NCBI GenBank assembly: GCA_964577595.1
Contig: CAZNZK010000002.1
Span: 86,163-150,162 of the forward strand
DNA from: an uncultured Candidatus Saccharibacteria bacterium
Lineage (GTDB): Bacteria; Patescibacteriota; Minisyncoccia; Phycocordibacterales; JAKAEA01
DNA length: 64,000 nucleotides
Direction: 5' to 3'
The notes beneath the pieces are model-generated. The model was not told the DNA's origin. It saw only the letters and a program-made list of their open reading frames with translations, and ran no database searches. The position numbers and the translations under genes were made by a program. Numbering within the stretch: position 1 is the first letter of the stretch; each line of letters starts with the position of its first letter. Below are positions 57,431-64,000 of the stretch, one piece after another.

Positions 57431-58093
57431 ATGAGCAAATTAGAACTAAAAGGAGAAGCTCTTAAGCTTCGGGAATTGGGGTATTCATATTCCCATATTG
57501 TCAGTAAAGTGCCAGTTTCAAAAGGAACTCTTTCCTCATGGTTATCCGGCGTTCCATATGTTCCCAATGAATTTAGTAAAAAGAATGCCGCAAAGGGTCT
57601 TCTTGCCGCAATACAGGCAAAACGCAAGCAGAAAGAACTCTCTTTTTCCAATGCCCGCTTATATGCCGAGAAAGACATCGGCTCTTTGACTAAGCGAGAT
57701 GTATTCATGCTTGGTTTAGGCGTTTACATAGGAGAGGGAAGTAAGACGCATAATATTATTCGTATAGTTAATTCAGATCCTAAAATCATTTCTTTTGCGA
57801 TACGATGGTTTAAAGAGGTTTCCGGTATCAAAAACTCTAATTTTGTTATTCGGCTCCATTTATATCCCGATAATACTATTTCCGAAGCTATAAAATTTTG
57901 GTCACTCAAAACAGGTATACCGCCCTCCCAATTCCAGAAAATTTCTGTAGATTCTCGTAAAAATAAAGTCTCCAAGAAAGGCAAACTGCCTTATGGTACA
58001 GCGCATCTTTCGGTGGTTAGTCGCGGTAATAAGGAATTCGGTGTACTATTGGCACGCAGAATAGGCGCATGGATTGAAAAAGCGCTAGAATAA
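57431..58093 (+). CDS. Putative LAGLIDADG-type homing endonuclease with an N-terminal HTH
   Basis: Single LAGLIDADG-like motif FMLGLGVYIGEGSK followed by the typical amphipathic segment. N-terminal HTH (LRELGYSYSHIVSKVPVSKGTLSSWL). Confidence 0.45.
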   Translation: MSKLELKGEALKLRELGYSYSHIVSKVPVSKGTLSSWLSGVPYVPNEFSKKNAAKGLLAAIQAKRKQKELSFSNARLYAEKDIGSLTKRDVFMLGLGVYIGEGSKTHNIIRIVNSDPKIISFAIRWFKEVSGIKNSNFVIRLHLYPDNTISEAIKFWSLKTGIPPSQFQKISVDSRKNKVSKKGKLPYGTAHLSVVSRGNKEFGVLLARRIGAWIEKALE

Positions 58094-58100
58094 AGAATAA

Positions 58101-58174
58101 GCGGGCATAGTTTAGTGGTAGAATGGCACACTTCCAATGTGCATACGGGAGTTCGATTCTCCCTGCCCGCACCA
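58101..58174 (+). tRNA. tRNA-Gly (anticodon TCC), CCA encoded
   Basis: Near-identical to the Gly-GCC gene outside the anticodon arm. Anticodon stem-loop gcaca-cttccaa-tgtgc. Confidence 0.9.
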
Positions 58175-58194
58175 GGTAATTTATTTTAAAAATC

Positions 58195-58644
58195 ATGTCA
58201 CCAGAAAAGAAAAAAGTGGGAGCGGGGTTTGGGGTTATTCTGGAAAAGGATGGAAAAATTCTTATGGGTATGCGGCACCCGGATCCCGACAAAGCCGACT
58301 CAGCATTTAGAAGTGCGGGGGAGTGGAGTTTGCCTGGCGGCAAAATGGAGTGGGGCGAAACCTTTGAAGAGGGTGCTATTCGCGAGGTGAAAGAAGAAAC
58401 GGGCATTACTATTAAGAACCCACAGGTTATTTCCGTGCATAATTGTAAAAACCAACACGCTCACTTTATGACGGTGGGCCTCCTAACACACGAATGGAAA
58501 GGGGAGGCACGGGTGATGGAGCCAGATGAAATGGTGGAGTGGAAATGGTTTGATTTGAAGAGTTTGCCCAGCCCGCGCTATTTCCCAAGCTTTGAAGTTA
58601 TTGAAAATTATCTGCAAAAGAAGTTTTATATACCGAGAAAGTAG
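58195..58644 (+). CDS. NUDIX hydrolase
   Basis: Nudix box GGKMEWGETFEEGAIREVKEETGI. Confidence 0.85.
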   Translation: MSPEKKKVGAGFGVILEKDGKILMGMRHPDPDKADSAFRSAGEWSLPGGKMEWGETFEEGAIREVKEETGITIKNPQVISVHNCKNQHAHFMTVGLLTHEWKGEARVMEPDEMVEWKWFDLKSLPSPRYFPSFEVIENYLQKKFYIPRK

Positions 58645-58666
58645 GTTGTGATATAATTGTGATTAT

Positions 58667-59059
58667 ATGGAAGGAGTGCCAACAAGCGGAGAAAATCAGG
58701 ATAATAAAAACGAGCAAGAGGTTTCTTTTGAGCAGCAAAAAAGTTTAGCAGATGCATTGGCTCAAGCCGTAAATAAAAGAAACGACTTTATTCGTGAGCA
58801 AGGGTATGGCAGTTCCGAAGATTTTTTTGAGGTTGGCCATCATGTGCCTGGCGTCGACGCAGTTTATGACCAACTTGAGGGGGTTGTAACACAAGCAACC
58901 AAAGATTTTGATGCGGGAGTGGCTGATAAGGCAAAATTTGCAGAATGGTTGCGTGCTTCAGGGGATGTTGCCACCGCGGATATGATTACTGGAATGTTTG
59001 GTCTATCTACGAAGAAAAAGAGTGGGCTATTCTCAAGGTTTTTCAAAGGCAAAAAGTAG
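58667..59059 (+). CDS. Hypothetical protein
   Basis: 130-aa acidic protein, followed by a strong terminator. Confidence 0.4.
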   Translation: MEGVPTSGENQDNKNEQEVSFEQQKSLADALAQAVNKRNDFIREQGYGSSEDFFEVGHHVPGVDAVYDQLEGVVTQATKDFDAGVADKAKFAEWLRASGDVATADMITGMFGLSTKKKSGLFSRFFKGKK

Positions 59060-59084
59060 TTTTTATAATTTAAATAGTAGCAAC

Positions 59085-59121
59085 AAAAAACCGCCCCATT
59101 TGATTAGGGCGGTTTTTTTTG
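59085..59121. terminator. Bidirectional rho-independent terminator (serves the convergent hypothetical gene and hup)
   Basis: aaaaaaccgcccc-loop-gggcggtttttttt. A/T runs on both sides. Confidence 0.6.
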
Positions 59122-59144
59122 CTACCAAAGTGGTGCTGGATATA

Positions 59145-59417
59145 CTATCTTACTGCTTCCTTGAGAGCCTTAGCGGCGCGGAATTTAGGAACGCGCATGG
59201 CAGGGACATCAACCATAGCGCCGGTGCGCGGGTTGCGGGCCTTGCGGGCGGCGCGTTGCTTGGCGATAAAAATACCCAAACCGGCGATTGAAACCTCATC
59301 GCCCTTCTTGAGACCTTCAACGATGCTACTAATCATGGTCTCTACTGCTTCCTCGGCCTGAGTCTTGGTGCCGCCGAGCTTGGCATGGACCGCATCTACG
59401 ATACTTGCTTTGTTCAT
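59145..59417 (-). CDS. hup: DNA-binding protein HU
   Basis: MNKASIVDAVH...GLGIF...RNPRTG HU signature. Confidence 0.9.
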   Translation of the reverse strand: MNKASIVDAVHAKLGGTKTQAEEAVETMISSIVEGLKKGDEVSIAGLGIFIAKQRAARKARNPRTGAMVDVPAMRVPKFRAAKALKEAVR

Positions 59418-59616
59418 AGTATGTATTGATTATTGATAATTAGCGACGTTTGTCGTTGGCGGTATTATATAATAGGCCGTATTTTAGCGATAGTGCTTAA
59501 AAATTGCGAAACGAAGCACCACTTTTGGCAACTTTTAGGGAATTCCCAAATGTTACAGGCAATTTTTGAATATTTTTTTGGATTTCGTCGCGAAAAACTG
59601 GTGCTGGACCCCGATT

Positions 59617-61146
59617 TTAGCGAGCAAATTCAATGATGCGGGACTCTCGGATGACTACAACTTTGATTTCTCCAGGATATTTGAGCTCTTTTTCTATTTG
59701 TAGAGCGATATTGCGGGCCATATTTCGTGCTTCTACATCGGAAACTTCAGCGGGGGTGACAAAAACGCGGATTTCACGGCCGGCTTGGAGAGCGTAGGCC
59801 TTCTCAACTCCTTTCATGTGGGTGGCGATGGATTCCAGCTCTTCAAGGCGCTTTAAATAGTTCTCCATAGTGTCGCGGCGAGCACCGGGGCGGGAACCGG
59901 AGATAGCGTCGGCCGTTTGCACGATCATTGACTCAATAGTTTCGTAGGGGTATTCGCCGTGATGGGCCTGCATAGCCTTAATAACAGCTTCATCAACGCC
60001 AAATTTCTGGAGAATGCGACGACCGATTTCAACGTGGGTGCCCTGAACTTCATGGTCAAGAGCTTTGCCGATGTCGTGGACGAGGGCGCCGGCTTTAGCG
60101 ACGGCGACGTTGGCGCCGAGCTCCTCAGCAATCATTCCGGCAACGTGGGCCATTTCTACAGAGTGTTGAAGTACGTTCTGGCCGTAGCTGGTGCGGAAAT
60201 AGAGGCGGCCGAGGATGGAAATAACCCGTGGATCAAGGTTGAATACGCCAGTTTCATAGGCGGCTTGCTCCCCCTTCTCTTTAATAGTTTTATTAATTTC
60301 CCCCTTAGCTTTTTCCACCATTTCTTCAATTTTTACGGGCTGAATACGGCCGTCAGCGATGAGGTACTCTAAAGCCATAACGGCGGTGTGGCGGCGGATA
60401 GGGTTAAAGGAGGAAATGGTAATAGTGCCGGGAGTGTCGTCAACAATAACTTCAACGCCTGTGGCGCGCTCAAAGGCCTTAATGTTGCGGCCTTCTTTGC
60501 CGATGATTTTCCCTTTAATTTCATCGCCCGGAATAGCCAGGGTGGTGGACATGATATCGGAAGGAATACTGCCGGCGATGCGCTGAATAGATGTGGCAAG
60601 GATTTCCTGGGCTCGATGCTCAATTTTTTCCTCGCTCTGGCTTTCAAGCTTTTGCATGCGCACGGAAATATCTTCCTGAGATTCACGCTCAAGCTTTGCA
60701 AGAATCTCATTTTTTGCCTCCTCGCGGCTCATTCCCGCAACTTTTTCCAGCTCGGCCATTTTGGCGGCATTCATCTGCTCTACTTTTTCGCGGATAGTTT
60801 TTACCTCGGTAATTTTCACTTTGAGGCTTTCTACTTCAGCGTCAATGTCGCCTTGGCGCTTATCCAAAAGCTCCTCTTTTTTAATGAGGCGTTCTTCGGT
60901 TTTTTTCAGACCCTCCTCTTTTGTTTTCGCTTCGGCGCGAACTTCGCGAAGGGTGTCGATGGATTTCTTTTCGGCTTCAGCACTGATTTTTTTAGCTTCT
61001 TCTTCCGCTTTGGAAAGGAGACGCTTTACTTCCAACTCAATTGAATTCTTCTTTGATAGGGAAACAAGGATACGTACAAAGTAGCCAGCGGCCGCCCCAA
61101 CGAGGACGGCAACCGAAGCTACTTCGGCAATTAATCGTAATGGCAT
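59617..61146 (-). CDS. rny: Ribonuclease Y
   Basis: N-terminal TM, coiled-coil, KH (GKIIGKEGRNIKAFE), and HD (LVHDIGKA). Confidence 0.9.
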   Translation of the reverse strand: MPLRLIAEVASVAVLVGAAAGYFVRILVSLSKKNSIELEVKRLLSKAEEEAKKISAEAEKKSIDTLREVRAEAKTKEEGLKKTEERLIKKEELLDKRQGDIDAEVESLKVKITEVKTIREKVEQMNAAKMAELEKVAGMSREEAKNEILAKLERESQEDISVRMQKLESQSEEKIEHRAQEILATSIQRIAGSIPSDIMSTTLAIPGDEIKGKIIGKEGRNIKAFERATGVEVIVDDTPGTITISSFNPIRRHTAVMALEYLIADGRIQPVKIEEMVEKAKGEINKTIKEKGEQAAYETGVFNLDPRVISILGRLYFRTSYGQNVLQHSVEMAHVAGMIAEELGANVAVAKAGALVHDIGKALDHEVQGTHVEIGRRILQKFGVDEAVIKAMQAHHGEYPYETIESMIVQTADAISGSRPGARRDTMENYLKRLEELESIATHMKGVEKAYALQAGREIRVFVTPAEVSDVEARNMARNIALQIEKELKYPGEIKVVVIRESRIIEFAR

Positions 61147-61313
61147 ATGTCAAAACCGGCTTGTTTCGCGCTTATTTTGGGCAGTATTTGATATTCACAG
61201 TGTGTAATGGCATGTAGGGATGTGAGGTACTGAAAAATAGACAGGAAATGAGACCGGGGTAATTACTTTAGTAATAACCCAATCTTAAAGGAGAAATGAA
61301 GTTTTGTCTATAA

Positions 61314-61919
61314 CTAAATGATTTTGTCAACAATACCGTACTTTTTAGCTTCCTCGGCAGTCATAAAATAATCGCGATCAACATCCTTTTCAATTTTAGA
61401 AACGGGTTGGCTGGTGTTTTCGGCAAGGATTTTGTTGAGGCGTTCGCGAGTGCGGAGGATTTGCTTGGCAGTAATTTCAATATCAGCGGCCATACCTTCA
61501 GCGCCGCCGGAGGGTTGGTGAATCATAACCAGAGCATTGGGCAGAATGTGGCGCTTGCCTTTCTTACCAGCGGAAAGAAGCATAGCGCCCATTGAGGCGG
61601 CTATACCAACGCACACCGTAGAAACTTCAGGTTTAATATGGTTAATAGTGTCTAAAATTGCCAACCCTGCCGTTACCGAGCCACCGGGGGAGTTAATATA
61701 GAGCGAAATGTCTTTTTTAGAATCTTCCGATTGCAAGAAAAGAAGCTGGGCAATGATGATGTTGGCCAGAGTGTCATCAATAGGGCCACCAAGGAAAATA
61801 ATGCGCTCGCGCAGAAGGCGGGAGTAAATGTCATACGCACGCTCGCCAAACTGCGATTTTTCAATTACTGTGGGAATAAGGTAATTATTGTTGATTTGAT
61901 TGTTGTGTTCGGATTTCAT
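61314..61919 (-). CDS. clpP: ATP-dependent Clp protease proteolytic subunit
   Basis: Ser-His-Asp triad context [11 protein letters not shown] and MIHQP. Confidence 0.95.
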   Translation of the reverse strand: MKSEHNNQINNNYLIPTVIEKSQFGERAYDIYSRLLRERIIFLGGPIDDTLANIIIAQLLFLQSEDSKKDISLYINSPGGSVTAGLAILDTINHIKPEVSTVCVGIAASMGAMLLSAGKKGKRHILPNALVMIHQPSGGAEGMAADIEITAKQILRTRERLNKILAENTSQPVSKIEKDVDRDYFMTAEEAKKYGIVDKII

Positions 61920-61957
61920 AGGGTGCTACTATACCATTAATTAATAAAAATTCCACT

Positions 61958-62659
61958 ATGCGCCTTCACCGATTTTATGTGCCCAATACTGACTTTGCAG
62001 TAGGAAAGAAAGTAGAGCTTTCTGCCTCAGAGCACCTCCATCAATGGAAGAATGTGTTCCGCTTGGAAGTGGGGGACGAAATTGTCGTTTTTAATGGCGC
62101 CGAGGAAGCCGAATACCGCGCCAAGTTTGTGACGCTTTCAAAAACAGAAGCTGAATTGGAAATTCTTGAGAAGCGTGAGGTAGAAAAAGCAAAGAGGGAA
62201 GTCTCGCTTTACGTTGCTCTCATCAAGAAAGATCGTTTTGAATGGTTGGTGGAAAAAGCCACCGAGCTTGGGGTGGCTCGCATTTGCCCGGTTCTTTCCG
62301 AGCGTACGGAGGTGAAAGGCGTCAATAGTGAACGCGTGCAGAAAATTGCCATTGAAGCGGTAGAACAGTCGGGCCAGTGCCGTGTGCCGAGAATTGAGGA
62401 AATTGTTACTTTGAAAATTGCTTTAGAACAGGCAATAAATCCTTTTGTGTGTGATATTGGGGCGCAAACTGCCGCCAGCAGTTTTTCTGGCACCGAGCCC
62501 ATTAGTATTTTCATCGGCCCAGAAGGCGGCTGGTCGCCTGCGGAAAAGGCGCTTTTTACAGAGAAAAAAGTACCCACCATTTCCTTTGGCAAAAACACCT
62601 TGCGGGCGGAAACCGCAGCTCTAGTTAGCGCCGTTCTTGCTCTTGACATGAGTAGTTAA
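61958..62659 (+). CDS. rsmE: 16S rRNA (uracil1498-N3)-methyltransferase
   Basis: MRLHRFYV N-terminus, PUA-like plus SPOUT domain (GPEGGWS). Confidence 0.85.
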   Translation: MRLHRFYVPNTDFAVGKKVELSASEHLHQWKNVFRLEVGDEIVVFNGAEEAEYRAKFVTLSKTEAELEILEKREVEKAKREVSLYVALIKKDRFEWLVEKATELGVARICPVLSERTEVKGVNSERVQKIAIEAVEQSGQCRVPRIEEIVTLKIALEQAINPFVCDIGAQTAASSFSGTEPISIFIGPEGGWSPAEKALFTEKKVPTISFGKNTLRAETAALVSAVLALDMSS

Positions 62660-62759
62660 TTATAGTATACTAGTGAAAGCTAGATCTTTGAGATCATGCC
62701 ATGGTGAATGGGATGTTCCCGTTCCTGGCAAGTTGCTCCACTTACAAGGAGAATAGATT

Positions 62760-63437
62760 ATGGCGAAAGACATGATCGGCTCAATCACCCGGGCTCTCGT
62801 GGGTGTCCCCAATGAGTTTCATAGCGTCGTGCTTGACGTGGTGAACAACCTTTCTACCTCTGTCGAGCGTGCCGCATGGCACGCTCGACTCGAGGAAGTT
62901 CTCAGGGAGGGCTTGGTTGATGCGAAAGCATTGGTCAAAAATCTCTTTGAGAAAGTGCTGGAAGTCACCCTCCACGCATCCCCCGAAAAGCTCACGGCGG
63001 AGTGCTTTACCAACCGCTTGCGCTACTATCCCCGCGATGGCGACCTAGACAAGCGGCTCCCTAAGAGCCAACCAGCTCAAGCCAAGCAGGAGTTCCGAGC
63101 ACAGGAACTGACGCGGGAGGCCTCGTTTCTGGAGATGGTCAAAAACATCTTCAGTACCGACGGCACCGTCGCCAGCTACTCCAGGCTTCTCATTGAGGGC
63201 GGCCACATTGTGACCTTGCCTAAGATTGAGGAGCTCATTGATCGCCAAGAAGGTGGCGAAGATGTTGGTCTCAAAACCAACGGCTACGCCAACCTGTTCT
63301 TTGTTCTCAATGACGATGGAACGGTTTCCGTCGTCCGCGTGTTCCGCTGCGATGGGCAGTGGTACGTGCGCGTGTTCCGGCTTGACGACGCTCGCCGTTG
63401 GGACGCTGAGAGCCACGTGTTCCTTCGCAACTCTTGA
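62760..63437 (+). CDS. DGR target protein candidate (hypothetical 225-aa protein with a C-terminal variable repeat)
   Basis: The C-terminal 36 codons (63324-63431) are a near-copy of the downstream template-like repeat. All 17 mismatches fall at template adenines. Confidence 0.6.
   Translation: MAKDMIGSITRALVGVPNEFHSVVLDVVNNLSTSVERAAWHARLEEVLREGLVDAKALVKNLFEKVLEVTLHASPEKLTAECFTNRLRYYPRDGDLDKRLPKSQPAQAKQEFRAQELTREASFLEMVKNIFSTDGTVASYSRLLIEGGHIVTLPKIEELIDRQEGGEDVGLKTNGYANLFFVLNDDGTVSVVRVFRCDGQWYVRVFRLDDARRWDAESHVFLRNS
63324..63431 (+). repeat. DGR variable repeat (VR) candidate
   Basis: Aligns to 63714-63821. Ten codons differ (cgc, ttc, tgc, tac, cgc, ttc, gac, cgc, gac, agc) where the partner copy has AAC, plus two further A-only differences at the 3' end. 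Confidence 0.65.
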
Positions 63438-63470
63438 TTGACCCTTTGACACTCTGTCACTTGGTCCCTT

Positions 63471-63508
63471 AATACCCTCATTTTGACGAAAGGCAAAATG
63501 AGGGTATT
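63471..63508. other. Perfect 14-bp hairpin/cruciform immediately downstream of the VR
   Basis: aataccctcatttt (63471-63484), a 10-nt loop, then aaaatgagggtatt (63495-63508). Confidence 0.6.
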
Positions 63509-63713
63509 CTTTTATCTGTGAACACGCTGGCATCTGCGGTGAAAACTTCGGGTGGCGATGTTTCAGGTTTTTCTACCTGAGTAAAAAAGAAAAGGGTTGG
63601 TACAGCTCGCTAGGGCATAGAGATGCCGAATACGATTCAGCCCGGAGATTATCGCGATTATTTAGTCGGGGCATTCAATGGGTGGGGCGATATGGAAGGC
63701 GGGTTGTACATAT

Positions 63714-63821
63714 GTTTCCGTCGTCAACGTGAACCGCAACGATGGGCAGTGGAACGTGAACGTGAACCGGCTTGACAACGCTAACCGTTGGAACGCTGAG
63801 AACCACGTGTTCCTTCGAAAC
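63714..63821 (+). repeat. DGR template repeat (TR) candidate (AAC-codon-rich, non-coding copy)
   Basis: 108-nt copy of the VR with 10 AAC codons. It is read only as part of a spurious ORF (63678..63947). No reverse transcriptase gene lies within the remaining 180 nt of the window. Confidence 0.6.
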
Positions 63822-64000
63822 AATTTTCTTTCTTCCGTCTTTAGTGTAAGGCGGAAGTTTTGTTTTCCGAGTAATTTTTCCAGCCGACAAGCATCTTACT
63901 TGCCTCCACTAGTGTTTTTGAAATACGAAGATAGTGTTTGTCGTTAAGTATCTTACATTCCCAGGCTACCAATAGAAAAAACTTGGCAGAATCGTTGCCT

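Noticed and set aside
63045-63533. 162-aa minus-strand ORF antisense to the DGR target gene
   Set aside because: It is entirely antisense to a gene with a coherent protein sequence and the VR. It is a typical GC-rich antisense artefact.
63678-63947. 89-aa plus-strand ORF (MGGAIWKAG...VNVNRNDGQWNVNVN...)
   Set aside because: It is the template repeat read in frame. Its Asn-rich sequence is the AAC-codon TR copy, not an independent protein gene.
1-64000. CRISPR arrays, rRNA genes, and IS/transposase genes
   Set aside because: No regularly spaced short direct repeats, no rRNA-like conserved blocks, and no transposase-like ORFs (DDE or serine recombinase) were seen on either strand. The only recombinase is the chromosomal XerC/D-type gene.

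Overview
This is a gene-dense, compact bacterial chromosomal segment. By inference from its content (reduced housekeeping set, many secreted and membrane-anchored hypothetical proteins, a T4SS-like locus, a homing-endonuclease-like gene, a DGR) it resembles a CPR/Patescibacteria-type genome. Lineage cannot be confirmed here because no rRNA gene lies in the window.

Features recognised directly from the translations and sequence:
- Replication origin neighbourhood: dnaN and dnaA on the minus strand, diverging from rpmH-rnpA-yidC on the plus strand, with DnaA-box matches on both sides of dnaA.
- Housekeeping genes: fpg, polA, tsaE, a GspE/PilB ATPase, ruvB, yebC, ruvC, tyrS, a class A PBP, rsmA, pcrA/uvrD, a LysM-M23 peptidase, comM/yifB, a DksA/TraR-like protein, pnp, rpsO, a NYN-domain protein, xerC/D, xth, cca, yraN, a NUDIX hydrolase, hup, rny, clpP and rsmE.
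- Six tRNA genes: Lys-TTT, Arg-CCG, Arg-TCG, Gly-GCC, Pro-TGG and Gly-TCC.
- An MFS/HlyD-family efflux module.
- A small island flanked by tRNAs that encodes a PLP-dependent cysteine-synthase-fold enzyme, an aspartate 1-decarboxylase and a CofE-like ligase.
- A roughly 13-14 kb, largely co-directional type IV secretion-like cluster. It includes a VirB2-like pilin, a PrgI/VirB3-like protein, a VirB4 ATPase split into two adjacent ORFs, a VirB6-like polytopic protein and large surface proteins. It has no relaxase or coupling protein.
- At the 3' end of the window, the hallmark of a diversity-generating retroelement (DGR). A C-terminal variable repeat (VR) in a 225-aa target gene and a downstream template repeat (TR) differ only at TR adenines, across ten AAC codons. 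A perfect 14-bp hairpin lies just after the VR. The reverse transcriptase is presumably beyond the window edge.

All coordinates were placed by manual counting, so start and stop positions may be off by a few nucleotides. No computation or database search was run.
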